Assembly: GCA_963707915.1 (NCBI GenBank)
Contig: OY970178.1
Location: 3,008,001-3,072,000 of the forward strand
Origin: Candidatus Eiseniibacteriota bacterium
Lineage (GTDB): Bacteria; Eisenbacteria; RBG-16-71-46
Direction of reading: 5' to 3'
DNA length: 64,000 nucleotides
Shown: positions 19,015-30,609 of the stretch, one piece after another
Numbering within the stretch: position 1 is the first letter of the stretch
Layout of the letters: the number at the start of each line of letters is the position of its first letter
Position numbers and translations under genes: made by a program
Notes under the pieces: model-generated
Told to the model about the DNA's origin: nothing
What the model saw: the letters and a program-made list of their open reading frames with translations, nothing else
Databases searched by the model: none

Positions 19015-20018
19015 CGTGCCTCCGGGCGCAGCGAGCGGAGCCGCCGCAGCAGCAGGAACCCGACGAAGGTCGGCAGCCAGAAGGTCAGCCCGCGGAAGGA
19101 CAGCACGACCAGCGCGGCCGGCTCGGGGTGCACGCCGAGCGAGGTGTAGACCAGCGTCATCACGCCCTCGACCACGCCGATCCCCTGCGGGACCGGCGAG
19201 AGCAGCCAGCTCAGGATGCCGAAGGCGTAGCCGGCCACCACCACGCCCGGCCGCAGCGCCTCGCGGAAGGCGAGGAACAGCGCGCCGAGGCTCGCCACGT
19301 CGAGCGCGGTCATGGCGAGCGCGAGCCCGAGCAGGCGCAGCGGTCCCCACGGCCGCGCGCGCAGCGCCTGCGCGACCTCGACGAACTCGCCGGCGGTGCG
19401 CGCGGCCCACTCCGGGCCGAGCGGGCCGCGCAGCCGGACGGCCCGGGCGACGGCGTCGGTGGCGGCCGCCGTCCCGCGCAGCAGGGCGTGCAGCGCGCGC
19501 GGCAGCCGGAGCCCGAGCGCCAGCAGCAGGAGCAGGGCGGCGATCATCGCCCCGAGCGCGGCCGCGCCCCAGACCTCCAGGGGCTGAAGCTCGTGGCGCG
19601 CGGCCAGGTAGGGGAGGCTCCCGGCCAGCACCAGCGCCAGCGCCGTGAGGATGGCGGTCATCGCCAGCATCAGGCCGGCCGCGGCGCGGGCCGGCGACTC
19701 GCCGCGGCGCGCGGCGTCGTCCATGAACAGGGCGGCGCCGGCCGCCCCGCCGCTCGGCACCACCACGTTGGCGAACATCGAGCCGAGCAGCACGGCGAGG
19801 ACCTCGCGGAAGCGGCTGCGCACGCCCACGACGCCGAAGGCCGCCTGGCAGAGCGCGGCGTAGACCAGGTAGTAGACGCCCTGCGCGGCGGCCGCCGCCG
19901 CCACCCAGGGCCAGCGCCCCAGGGCCAGCGTGCGGGCCAGCTCGTCCAGCTCGGTGCGGCGCGCGATGATCACCCAGAGGAAGGCGACCACGGCGAGCGG
20001 GAGGATCCAGCGGCGCAT
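19011..20018 (-). CDS. Lysylphosphatidylglycerol synthase TM/flippase-domain protein (UPF0104)
   Basis: Polytopic membrane protein with FANVVVPSGGAAG, SPVPQGIGVVEG and FRGLTFWLP motifs. Confidence 0.8.
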   Translation of the reverse strand: MRRWILPLAVVAFLWVIIARRTELDELARTLALGRWPWVAAAAAAQGVYYLVYAALCQAAFGVVGVRSRFREVLAVLLGSMFANVVVPSGGAAGAALFMDDAARRGESPARAAAGLMLAMTAILTALALVLAGSLPYLAARHELQPLEVWGAAALGAMIAALLLLLALGLRLPRALHALLRGTAAATDAVARAVRLRGPLGPEWAARTAGEFVEVAQALRARPWGPLRLLGLALAMTALDVASLGALFLAFREALRPGVVVAGYAFGILSWLLSPVPQGIGVVEGVMTLVYTSLGVHPEPAALVVLSFRGLTFWLPTFVGFLLLRRLRSLRPEAR

Positions 20019-20040
20019 GTCCCTGCCTTTCGGTACCCGG

Positions 20041-21080
<1,040 letters not shown>

Positions 21081-21084
<4 letters not shown>

Positions 21085-22614
21085 GGCGCGCCGGCTCCCC
21101 GCCGGCCGGTCATGTGGAGGCCCAGCGTGCGCTCGTCGGTCTCGGCCGGCCGGGTCTCGTGCACCAGACGCCCCTCGTACATCACGAAGACGCGGTCGGA
21201 GAGCGCGAGGATCTCGGACAGCTCGGAGGAGACCAGCAGCACCGCGCGGCCGGCGTCGCGCTCGCGCAGCAGGCGCTGATGGAGGAAGGAGATGGCCCCG
21301 AGGTCCACGCCGCGCGTCGGGTGGGCGGCCAGCACCACCGCCGCGCCGCGGCTCAGCTCGCGCGCGGCGATGAGCTTCTGCTGGTTGCCGCCCGAGAGCT
21401 GGCGCGCTTGCCGCCCGGGCTCGGGCGGACGCACGTCGTACTCGGCCAGCACGCCGGCGGCCCGCGCCTCGAGCGTGCCGCGCGTCAGCAACGGCCCCTG
21501 GCCCGAGTCCGGCTCGCGCTGGCGGCCCAGCACCAGGTTCTCGGCCAGCGTCATCTCCGGCACCAGGCCGCGGCGCAGCCGGTCGCTGGGGATGTGGGCG
21601 AGGCCCGCGGCCGCGCGCCCGCGCACCGTGAGCGCCGTGCAGTCCCGGTCGGCGATGAAGATCTCCCCGTGCTGGGCGCGCCGCAGTCCCGCCAGGCACT
21701 CGACCAGTTCGTGCTGACCGTTCCCCTCGACGCCGGCCAGGCCGACGATCTCGCCGGCGTGGACCTCGAACGAGGCGTGCTTCACCGCCTGCAGCCCGCG
21801 GTCGTCGAGCACGTCGAGCAGGCTCACGCGCAGCAGCGGGTCGCGCTCCTCGTGGTGGGCGCGGGCGCGCAGCGCCGGGATGCTGTGCCCCACCATGAGC
21901 TCCGCCATGCGCTCGACCGGGTGCTCCGCGATCGCGCCGCCGCCGACCACGCGCCCGCCCCGCATCACCGTGACGCGCTGCGCCAGCGCGGTCACCTCGG
22001 CCAGCTTGTGGGTGATGAGCACGATGCTCGTGCCCTGCGCCTGCAGCCTCCGCAGCACCTCGAAGAGGTCGTCCACCTCCTGGGGGGTGAGCACGGCCGT
22101 CGGCTCGTCGAGGATGAGCACCCGCGCGCCGTGGTAGAGCGCCTTGAGGATCTCGACCCGCTGCTGCGCCCCGACCGAGAGCGTCGCGATGCGCGCGGCC
22201 GGGTCCACCGGCAGGCCGTGGCGGGCGGCCAGTGCGGCCACCTCGCGCTCGGCCGCCGCCGGGCTGTAGCTCCCGAAGCCGCCGAGCGGCTCGCGGCCCA
22301 GCGTGACGTTCTCCGCCACGGTGAGCGGGTCCACCAGCATGAAGTGCTGGTGCACCATGCCGAGACCGAGCCGCATCGCCGCTGCCGGGCTGTGGATGCG
22401 CGCCACGCGGCCGCCGACTTCGATGGTCCCCGCAGTCGGGCTGGATGAGGCCGTAGAGGACGCGCATCAGCGTGCTCTTGCCCGCCCCGTTCTCGCCCAC
22501 GAGGCCGTGGATCTCGCCGGGCGCGAGTTCGAGGGAGACGTCGTCGTTGGCCACCACCGGCCCGAAGCGGCGGGTGATGTGGCGCAGCGAGATGGCGGGA
22601 GCGGACTCGGTCAT
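21081..22614 (-). pseudogene. Nucleoside ABC transporter ATP-binding protein (dual ABC domain, YufO-like), frameshifted near 22430; possibly an assembly error
   Basis: Walker [10 protein letters not shown] is in one frame and the remainder ([21 protein letters not shown]) in another. Removing one base gives ..[16 protein letters not shown].. Confidence 0.85.
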
Positions 22615-22623
22615 GGAGCGGGG

Positions 22624-22652
22624 AGCGTAGCCGGGGTGGCGGGAGGCGTCCA
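22624..22652 (-). promoter_or_regulatory. Promoter TGGACG-N17-TACGCT, ending 9 nt before the ATPase ATG
   Basis: Hexamers at 22647-22652 and 22624-22629; no SD. Confidence 0.45.
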
Positions 22653-22865
22653 GCGCGTGCCGGCGCGCGGGCGCCGCGCCGCGCGCCGGCGGCCGGCGGG
22701 AGAAGACCGGCGGCCTGCGGGGTAGGAGGAAGGGGCGCGCCCGGGCTGCCGCATGCCCGGCGGCGCGCGGCCGGCGTGACCTGCTATAGTCGTGCGTCGT
22801 CGGATTCCGGTGTCCGCCCCGCCGGGTGAACCAGTCGCCGTGTCCGTTCTCCAGGAGTCGCTCGT

Positions 22866-23639
22866 TTGAGATCCTTGACGCTGAGGCTCGCCCTCTGCCT
22901 GGTGCTGATCCTGCCGGGCGCCACGGTCCGCGCCGCCGGCCTCAACCTGGCATGGGACAAGTGTCTCTCCGACGGCGGCTCCCTCACGAAGCTGTTCGCC
23001 TGCAACAGCAACATGGGCTACGCCGACGTCATCGGCTCGTTCGTCCCGATGCAGCCGCACCCGCGGTTCGTGGGCATCGAGGTGAAGCTGGACGTGCAGT
23101 CGCAGTCGAAGGAGTTGCCGGCCTGGTGGCAGTTCTACAACGCCGGCTCCTGCCGCGAGAACGCCTACGAGCTGGTGACCAACCTCCGGGACCTGCCGCA
23201 GCAGTCGTGCGATGACGCCTTCGACGGGAACTGGTGGGGCGGGGTGGGCTTCTACGCGACCCCCGACCACCCGGTGTCCACCTACCAGGGCGGGCCCAAC
23301 ACGGCGCGCCTGGTGCTGGGCTTCGCCCGGATGTACTCGAAGAGCCTGGCGCCCGGAACCGAGTACTACGCCTTCCGCCTGCGCCTCCAGTACGAATCGA
23401 GCACCGGTGGCGGCGCGTGCGCGGGATGCAGCACGCCGGCCTGCCTGACGCTGGCCGAGGTGGCGGTCTACGACGAGTCGGCGGAGCCGCTCGACGGCAA
23501 CCTGTCGCACCCGCCCGACCCGGAGATCATCGCCCAGCAGGCGCAGAACATGATGATCAGCTGGCAGGACAGCGGCGGCAACTGCCAGTCCAAGGTGCAG
23601 AACAAGACCTGGGGCCAGCTGAAGAGCCTGTATCGCTAG
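22866..23639 (+). CDS. Secreted Cys-rich hypothetical protein with C-terminal [11 protein letters not shown] motif
   Basis: TTG start after AGGAG; signal peptide; [25 protein letters not shown]; upstream TGcTATAGT extended -10. Confidence 0.8.
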   Translation: MRSLTLRLALCLVLILPGATVRAAGLNLAWDKCLSDGGSLTKLFACNSNMGYADVIGSFVPMQPHPRFVGIEVKLDVQSQSKELPAWWQFYNAGSCRENAYELVTNLRDLPQQSCDDAFDGNWWGGVGFYATPDHPVSTYQGGPNTARLVLGFARMYSKSLAPGTEYYAFRLRLQYESSTGGGACAGCSTPACLTLAEVAVYDESAEPLDGNLSHPPDPEIIAQQAQNMMISWQDSGGNCQSKVQNKTWGQLKSLYR

Positions 23640-23672
23640 TCGCCGGCCGCGCCGCCCGGACGCGCGCGGACC

Positions 23673-24530
23673 TCACGCCGGCCCGGGCCCGCCCGCCGCC
23701 CAGGCGAAGCGCACGTTCTCCCGGTGGACGCCGTCCATCGGGTAGGCCGCACCCTTGCCGACGTGGTCGAGCGCCGCGAGCCGCTCCTGCGCCTGCCCGA
23801 GCGTGAGTCCCGCCCGGCGTGCCTCCGCGACGCCGGACTCCAGCGTGTCGAGGTAGGCGAGGTCGCGCCGGATGCGCGCCAGCGCCCCGGCCGCGTCCGC
23901 GATCGCGCCGTGGCCCGGCACCAGCGTGCCGATGCCGCCGGCCTCCGCCAGCCGCAGCAGGCCGTCGAGCGTCGCCCGGTAGGCCGCCGGCTCGCGGTCG
24001 AGCCACGGGATCTCCAGGTCCGACACCAGGTCGCCCGCGAACAGCAGCGAGCGCTCCGGCAGGTGCACGGTCACCGCGCTGTCGCAGTGCCCCGGCGCCG
24101 CGCGCAGCGTCAGCCGCCACGGCCCAAGGGCGAGCGCGCGCTCGGCCTCGACCGCGAGATCGGTCTCGAAGGGCTCGAAGCCGCGGTCCCACGCCTCGGC
24201 GAGGCGCGCCGCGTGCTCCGTCGCCTCGCGCAGGATCGCGCCGGCGTCGCGCCGCAGCCCGGCCCCGAGCCCGGCGTGCCCCACGGTGTCCGCCGCCGGC
24301 CACCACGGCCGCCCGAGCACGTGGTCCCAGTGCGCGTGGGTGAAGACGATGGAGACGGCCCGTGCCCCGGCCGCGCTCACCGCGGCCGCGAGGTCGTCCA
24401 GTTCGGAGGGCAGCACACCCGGGTCCACGAGCACGGCGTGCGCGCGGTCAAGCAGCAGCACGCTGTTCATCCAGAACACGCGGCTCTGCCGCACGAACAC
24501 GCCATCGCCGAGGTCGGTCCAGGGGGACAT
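23673..24530 (-). CDS. MBL-fold metallo-hydrolase
   Basis: VLVDPG, THAHWDH, PGH, LFAGD and VPGHG motifs. Confidence 0.85.
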   Translation of the reverse strand: MSPWTDLGDGVFVRQSRVFWMNSVLLLDRAHAVLVDPGVLPSELDDLAAAVSAAGARAVSIVFTHAHWDHVLGRPWWPAADTVGHAGLGAGLRRDAGAILREATEHAARLAEAWDRGFEPFETDLAVEAERALALGPWRLTLRAAPGHCDSAVTVHLPERSLLFAGDLVSDLEIPWLDREPAAYRATLDGLLRLAEAGGIGTLVPGHGAIADAAGALARIRRDLAYLDTLESGVAEARRAGLTLGQAQERLAALDHVGKGAAYPMDGVHRENVRFAWAAGGPGPA

Positions 24531-24547
24531 CGCAGTCCGCCGCGCGG

Positions 24548-25582
24548 CTACTTCGTCGGCACGACGATCCGGCCGGCCACGATCTCGGCCTTGAGCGCGT
24601 CCACCTTCGCCTTCACGGCGTCGGGGATGAGCGCCTTGTTCTGGTCGTCGTAGACCCAGCCGACGCCGTCCTCCTTGAGCCCGAACTCGCGCACGCCGCC
24701 CTGCCAGCGCCCTTCCTTCAGCTCGAGGATGGTGTCGAAGACCGAGGTCTCGACGTGCTTCACCATCGAGGTGAGGATGAACCCGGGCGCCTCGGCCTGC
24801 TGGTCCGCGTCCACGCCGATGGCGTAGTTGCCCTTGCCCTTCTCGCGCGCCGCCTCGAAGACCCCGAGGCCGGTCGAGCCCGAGGCGTGGAAGATGATGT
24901 CGGCCCCCTGGTTGTACTCCGCCAGGCCCAGCTCCTTGCCCTTGGTCGGGTCCTTGAAGGCGGTGCCCGTGGTGCCCGCGTACTTCACCAGCACCTCGAC
25001 CTTCGGGTTCGCCGCCTTCGCGCCCGCGCGGTAGCCCGCCTCGAACTTCTTGATGAGCGGGATCTCCATGCCGCCGACGAAGCCCACCTTGCCGGTCCGG
25101 GTCACGAGCCCCGCGAGCGCGCCGACCAGGAACGAGCCCTCCTGCTCCTTGAACTCGAGTGCGACGAGATTCGGCGGGAGCACCTGGCCTTCCTTCAGCG
25201 TGTAGTCCACGCAGGCGAACTTCACCTTCGGGAACTCCTGCGCCAGCCCGTAGATGTCGTCGGAGAACAGGAAGCCCACGCCGAACACCAGCTGCGAGCC
25301 GCCGGCGGCGAGCTGGCGCATCTGCGCCTCGCGGTCCGAGCCCTCGCCGGTCTCGAGCGTGGTGAACGTGACCCCCAGCTCCTTCTGCGCGCGTTCGAGT
25401 CCGGCATAGGCGGCGTCGTTGAAGGACTTGTCGCCGCGCCCGCCGACGTCGAACACGAGGCCGACCTGGAGCGTGCCGGCCTTGGCCGGCGCGGCTGACT
25501 TCTCAGCCGGCTTTGCGCACCCCGCGGCGAGGACGACGACGGCGATCAGGGCGAGGATGCGCGGCAACGGGGACGACCTCAT
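24548..25582 (-). CDS. BMP-family (PnrA/BmpA) nucleoside-binding lipoprotein
   Basis: Lipobox [50 protein letters not shown] before ATG 25582. Confidence 0.92.
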   Translation of the reverse strand: MRSSPLPRILALIAVVVLAAGCAKPAEKSAAPAKAGTLQVGLVFDVGGRGDKSFNDAAYAGLERAQKELGVTFTTLETGEGSDREAQMRQLAAGGSQLVFGVGFLFSDDIYGLAQEFPKVKFACVDYTLKEGQVLPPNLVALEFKEQEGSFLVGALAGLVTRTGKVGFVGGMEIPLIKKFEAGYRAGAKAANPKVEVLVKYAGTTGTAFKDPTKGKELGLAEYNQGADIIFHASGSTGLGVFEAAREKGKGNYAIGVDADQQAEAPGFILTSMVKHVETSVFDTILELKEGRWQGGVREFGLKEDGVGWVYDDQNKALIPDAVKAKVDALKAEIVAGRIVVPTK

Positions 25583-26189
25583 CGGAACCTCCGGGTGGGG
25601 GCGGCTCATCGGGGGCGACCGCGCGGCGGCCCAGTTCGTAGCAGCGGCGGCAGCGCGCCTCGTAGAGATCGGCGCCCCCCACCACCACGCGTGCCGTGCG
25701 GCGCTTCTTGCGGTAGCTGCGGTTGGCGGGGTTGCCGCACACCACGCAGATGGCGAGCGTCTTGGTGATGTACTCGGCGATGGCGAGCAGTTGCGGCATG
25801 GGCTCGAACGGCTTGCCGAGGTAGTCCTGGTCGAGCCCGGCCACGATCACCCGCTTGCCGCGGCGGGCCAGGCGCTCGCAGACCCGGACCAGGTCGGGGC
25901 CCAGGAACTGGCCCTCGTCGATGCCGATGACCTGGGCCTCGTGGGCGTGGCGCAGCACGTCCTTCGCGGTCGAGACGGCCCGCGAGGGGATGCGCAGCTC
26001 CGAGTGCGACACGAGCTGGTCGCGTCCGAAACGGTCGTCGATGGCGGGCTTGAAGATGGCGACCCGCTGGCGGGCGATCTGGGCGCGGCGCAGGCGGCGG
26101 ATGAGCTCCTCCGTCTTGCCGCTGTACATGCTGCCGACGATCACCTCGATCCAGCCGGAGTTGACGAACGGTTGCGTGGGCTCGGTCAT
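25503..26189 (-). CDS. tdk: Thymidine kinase
   Basis: [23 protein letters not shown], zinc site [12 protein letters not shown]. Confidence 0.93.
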   Translation of the reverse strand: MTEPTQPFVNSGWIEVIVGSMYSGKTEELIRRLRRAQIARQRVAIFKPAIDDRFGRDQLVSHSELRIPSRAVSTAKDVLRHAHEAQVIGIDEGQFLGPDLVRVCERLARRGKRVIVAGLDQDYLGKPFEPMPQLLAIAEYITKTLAICVVCGNPANRSYRKKRRTARVVVGGADLYEARCRRCYELGRRAVAPDEPPPPGGSDEVVPVAAHPRPDRRRRPRRGVRKAG

Positions 26190-26198
26190 GGTGGACGG

Positions 26199-26227
26199 AC
26201 GCTAACCAGCGGGGCGGGCCATGTCAA
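26199..26227 (-). promoter_or_regulatory. Promoter TTGACA-N17-TAGCGT, ending 9 nt before the tdk ATG
   Basis: Consensus -35 at 26222-26227; -10 at 26199-26204. Confidence 0.6.
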
Positions 26228-26282
26228 CGGCCCCGTCGCCTCCGGCACGTGAACGCCACCCTGCCATGCGTCGGCACCGCCT

Positions 26283-26331
26283 CTTGATGTCGGCTTGATG
26301 GGCGGAGAACGCATCCTGACACCCCTCTGAC
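26283..26331 (+). promoter_or_regulatory. Candidate KdpE (OmpR-family) binding direct repeats
   Basis: CTTGATG at 26283 and 26294; CTGAC at 26316 and 26327 (11-bp period); upstream of the first kdp gene. Confidence 0.5.
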
Positions 26332-26378
26332 CGGCGCCGGTGCTCCAATGGGGTGTGGGAAACGCGGAGGGTCTGGTG

Positions 26379-28448
26379 ATGCCGAAACCCAGGACAAGGC
26401 AACTGTTCGAGCCGCGGATCGTCCGTCGCGCGGCGTGGGCGGCCGTACTCAAGCTCGACCCGCGGGTCCAGTTCCGCAATCCGGTGATGTTCGTCGCGTT
26501 CGTGACCGCGTTGCTGACCTCCGGCCTGGGGATCGAGGCGCTGCGGGGCCACGGCGAGGCGCCGGCGAGCTTCATCCTCGGCGTGTCCGCCTGGCTGTGG
26601 GCCACCGTGCTGTTCGCGAACTTCGCGGAGGCCCTGGCCGAGGGCCGGGGGCGGGCGCAGGCCGGGGCGTTGCGCCGGGCCCGCGGCGATCGCTACGCAC
26701 GGAAGCTCAACGATCCGGCCGAGCGCATGAACTTCTGGGCGGTCCCCGCCTACACGCTGCGCCGGGATGACTTCGTGGTGGTCACCGCCGGCGACGTCAT
26801 CCCTTGCGACGGCGAGGTGATCGACGGCGTGGCCTCCGTGGACGAGAGCGTCATCACCGGTGAGAGCGCGCCCGTCATCCGCGAACACGGGGGGGACCGC
26901 AACTCGGTCACCGGCGGCACGCGCATGCTCTCGGACTGGCTGGTGGTGCGCGTCACGGCCAATCCGGGTGAGACCTTCCTCGACCGCATGATCGCCATGG
27001 TGGAGGGCGCCCGTCGTCAGAAGACGCCGAACGAGATTGCCCTCAACATCCTGCTGGCCGCGCTGACCCTGATCTTCCTCCTCGCCACGGTGACGCTGCT
27101 CCCGCTCTCGGTCTTCAGCGTGCGGGTCGCGGGCGCGGGCGCGCCCATCACCGTCACGGCGCTCAGCGCCCTGCTCGTCTGCCTGATTCCGACGACCATC
27201 GGTGGGTTGCTGTCGGCGATCGGGATCGCCGGGATGGACCGGCTGACCCAGAACAACGTTGTGGCGCTGTCGGGGCGCGCGGTGGAGGCCGCAGGTGACG
27301 TGGACGTCCTGCTGCTCGACAAGACGGGGACCATCACGCTGGGCAACCGACAGGCCACGGAGCTGCTCCCCGCCGCCGGCGTGACGATCGAGCGGTTGGC
27401 GGACGCCGCACAACTTGCCTCGCTGTCCGACGAGACGCCCGAGGGTCGCAGCATCGTGGTGCTCGCCAAGGAGCGCTACGGCCTGCGCGAACGGGACCTC
27501 CAGGGGCTCGGCGCCGCATTCATCCCGTTCAGCGCGCGGACGCGCATGAGCGGCGTGAATCTCGGGCCGCGCAGGATCCGCAAGGGTGCCGTGGACGCCA
27601 TCGACGCGTTCGTGCGCGGGGAGGGCGGCACCTTCCCGGCCGAGGTCCGGGCGGGCGTCGAGGCCATCGCACGCGCGGGGGCCACGCCGCTGGTGGTGGC
27701 CGAGAACGGGAACGTCCTCGGCGTGATCGAGCTCCGGGACGTCGTCAAGGGCGGCATCCGCGAGCGCTTCGAGCACCTGCGGCGCATGGGGATCAAGACC
27801 ATCATGATCACCGGGGACCATCCGCTCACGGCCGCGGCCGTCGCCGCCGAGGCCGGAGTGGACGACTTCCTGGCCGAAGCCACACCGGAGGCCAAGCTCC
27901 GTCTGATCCGCGCGCAGCAGGCGGGCGGGCGGCTGGTGGCGATGACCGGCGATGGCACCAACGACGCCCCGGCCCTGGCCCAGGCCGATGTCGCCGTGGC
28001 GATGAACTCGGGCACCCAGGCGGCCAAGGAGGCCGGGAACATGGTGGACCTGGACTCCAACCCGACGAAGCTGCTGGAGATCGTCGAGACCGGCAAGCAG
28101 CTTCTCATCACGCGGGGCGCGCTCACGACGTTCAGTATCACGAACGACGTCGCCAAGTACTTCGCGATCCTCCCGGCGGCCTTCGCCACGACCTACCCTG
28201 CGCTGCGGGCGCTCAACATCATGCGGCTGACGACGCCGCAGAGCGCCATCCTGTCGGCGGTCATCTTCAACGCCCTGATCATCGTCGCGCTCATCCCGCT
28301 GGCGCTGCGCGGCGTGCGCTACCGCCCCGGCGGGGCGAAAGCCATGCTGCGGAACCATCTCTTCGTGTACGGGATCGGCGGTCTGGTGGCGCCGTTCCTC
28401 GGCATCAAGGTCATCGACCTGACCCTGGCCGCGCTCCACTGGACCTAG
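26379..28448 (+). CDS. kdpB: K+-transporting ATPase subunit B, copy 1
   Basis: [48 protein letters not shown]. Confidence 0.93.
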   Translation: MPKPRTRQLFEPRIVRRAAWAAVLKLDPRVQFRNPVMFVAFVTALLTSGLGIEALRGHGEAPASFILGVSAWLWATVLFANFAEALAEGRGRAQAGALRRARGDRYARKLNDPAERMNFWAVPAYTLRRDDFVVVTAGDVIPCDGEVIDGVASVDESVITGESAPVIREHGGDRNSVTGGTRMLSDWLVVRVTANPGETFLDRMIAMVEGARRQKTPNEIALNILLAALTLIFLLATVTLLPLSVFSVRVAGAGAPITVTALSALLVCLIPTTIGGLLSAIGIAGMDRLTQNNVVALSGRAVEAAGDVDVLLLDKTGTITLGNRQATELLPAAGVTIERLADAAQLASLSDETPEGRSIVVLAKERYGLRERDLQGLGAAFIPFSARTRMSGVNLGPRRIRKGAVDAIDAFVRGEGGTFPAEVRAGVEAIARAGATPLVVAENGNVLGVIELRDVVKGGIRERFEHLRRMGIKTIMITGDHPLTAAAVAAEAGVDDFLAEATPEAKLRLIRAQQAGGRLVAMTGDGTNDAPALAQADVAVAMNSGTQAAKEAGNMVDLDSNPTKLLEIVETGKQLLITRGALTTFSITNDVAKYFAILPAAFATTYPALRALNIMRLTTPQSAILSAVIFNALIIVALIPLALRGVRYRPGGAKAMLRNHLFVYGIGGLVAPFLGIKVIDLTLAALHWT

Positions 28449-28524
28449 CCGGGCGGGCGCCCGTGGCGCACGGCTCGCCGTATGCGGCCCTCGCGATGGG
28501 GTCCTGGAAAAGGAGAACCAACCG

Positions 28525-28623
28525 ATGTTCGACCTCTTCTGTGTCGCCATCACGCTGCTGTTCTTCGCGGTAGCGGTGGCCTACGTGCGCGGTTGCGAAG
28601 CCCTCGAGCGGGAGGACGACTAG
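28525..28623 (+). CDS. 32-aa membrane peptide upstream of kdpF (MFDLFCVAITLLFFAVAVAYVRGCEALEREDD)
   Basis: AAGGAG SD, single TM helix, stop 1 nt before the kdpF ATG; absent from the ORF track. Confidence 0.7.
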   Translation: MFDLFCVAITLLFFAVAVAYVRGCEALEREDD

Positions 28624-28624
28624 C

Positions 28625-28711
28625 ATGAGCGAGTACGCGTGGACGGGAATCGTGGTCCTCTTCCTGCTGGTCTATCTCACCTACGCGCTGCTGAAGCCGC
28701 AGAAGTTCTAG
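28625..28711 (+). CDS. kdpF: KdpF small subunit (MSEYAWTGIVVLFLLVYLTYALLKPQKF)
   Basis: YLxYALLxP(E/Q)KF signature, GGAGG SD, directly upstream of kdpA; absent from the ORF track. Confidence 0.88.
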   Translation: MSEYAWTGIVVLFLLVYLTYALLKPQKF

Positions 28712-28720
28712 GGGGAGGCC

Positions 28721-30581
28721 ATGACGACCAACGGGATCCTGCAGATGCTGGTGTTCTTCGGCCTGATCCTGCTTCTGACCAGGCCGCTGGGGACGTTCAT
28801 GGACCGCGTCTTCGCCGGGGAGCGCACGTTCCTCACGCCCGTGCTGGGGCCGGTCGAGCGGGTGTTCTACCGGCTCCTGGGCGTCCGCGAGGACCAGGAC
28901 ATGGCGTGGACCACCTACGCCTTCGCCCTGCTGGCGTTCAGCGCGGCTGGCGCGTTGCTCACCTACGCGCTGTTGCGCCTGCAGGGGTTCCTGCCCTGGA
29001 ACCCGCAGCACCTGGGCGGCGCGCAGATGCCACCGGACCTCGCCTTCAACACGGCGATGTCGTTCACCACGAACACGAACTGGCAGAACTACGTGCCGGA
29101 GACCGTGGTGAGCTACTTCTCCAACATGGTGGCCCTGGCCTCCCACAACTGGATGTCCGCGGCCGCCGGCATCGCGGTCGCGATCGCGATCGTGCGCGGC
29201 TTTGCCCGGCACTCGGCGAGCGGCCTGGGCAACTTCTGGGTGGACGTGACGCGGGCCACGCTCTACGTGCTGATGCCGATCAGCCTGGTGGCGGCGCTGG
29301 TGCTGGTCTGGCAGGGCGTGCCCCAGAACTTCTCCCCCCGCGCAGGTGGCCACCCTGGAGGGCGCGAAGCAGACCATCGCCCAGGGCCCGGTGGCCTCCC
29401 AGGAGGCCATCAAGATGCTGGGGACGAACGGCGGCGGCTTCTTCAACGCCAATTCCGCCCATCCCTACGAGAACCCGACCCCGCTCACCAACCTGCTGCA
29501 GATGCTGCTCATCTTCGTGATCCCGGCCGGACTCACCTATACGTTCGGCCGGATGGTGCGCAACACGCGGCAGGGCTGGGCCATCTTCGCCGCCATGACC
29601 TTCATGTTCGTCGGCGGGCTGGGCCTCTGCTACTGGGCCGAGTCGAACGGCAACCCGAACGTCACGAAGCTCGGCGTCCTGGCGCAGGCCACGGCCGGGC
29701 AGCCCGGCGGCAACATGGAGGGCAAGGAGACCCGGTTCGGCATCGCCAACTCCGCGCTGTTCGCCACGGTCACGACCGACGCCTCCTGCGGCGCCGTGAA
29801 CGCGATGCACGACAGCTTCACGCCGCTGGGCGGCATGGTGCCGCTCGTCAACATCATGTGCGACGAGACCATCTTCGGCGGCGTGGGCGCGGGGTTGTTC
29901 GGCATCCTCATGTACGCGGTGATCGCCGTGTTCATCGGCGGTCTCATGGTGGGGCGCACGCCGGAGTATGTCGGCAAGAAGATCGAGAAGTACGAGGTCC
30001 GGATGGCCATCGTGGCGGTGCTCATCCTGTTCGCGAACGTCGTGGTCTGGACGGCTCTGGGGACGAACCTGAACCTGCCGCCCGGCACCGCGCCGCGGAC
30101 CTTCACCGGCGCCCAGAAGGCCGACGAGGAGAAGCTGCTCGCCACGCGTCCGACGGCCTCCTGGAACAGCGTCAACGGGAGCAACCCGAGGCTCTACTAC
30201 GGGGCGACCTACAACAACGTCAACAACGCCGGAGCGCACGGCCTGACGGAGATCCTGTACCAGTACGCGTCACAGACCGGAAACAACGGATCCGCCTTCG
30301 CCGGCTTCACCGGGAACACCCCGTATTACAACGTCACGGGGGGCATCGCCATGCTCATCGGGCGCTTCCTCATGATCGTGCCGCTGCTGGCAATGGCGGG
30401 CAGCCTCGCCCGCAAGAAGCTCGTGCCAGCCTCGGCCGGCACCCTGGCCACGGACTCGGCCACCTTCGCGTTCCTGCTGGCCGCCGTCGTGCTGATCGTC
30501 GGCGCGCTCGAGTACTTCCCCGCTCTCGCGCTGGGTCCGATCGTGGAGCACTTCCAGATGACCGCGGGGAGCCTGTTCTAG
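28721..30581 (+). pseudogene. kdpA: K+-transporting ATPase subunit A, frameshifted at a C6 run (29334-29339); possibly an assembly error
   Basis: N-terminal half (SFTTNTNWQNY, GNFWVD, GVPQNF) and C-terminal half ([33 protein letters not shown]) are in different frames. Confidence 0.9.
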
Positions 30582-30609
30582 GCCCCGCGGGAAAGGCGAA
30601 GAGGACCCC

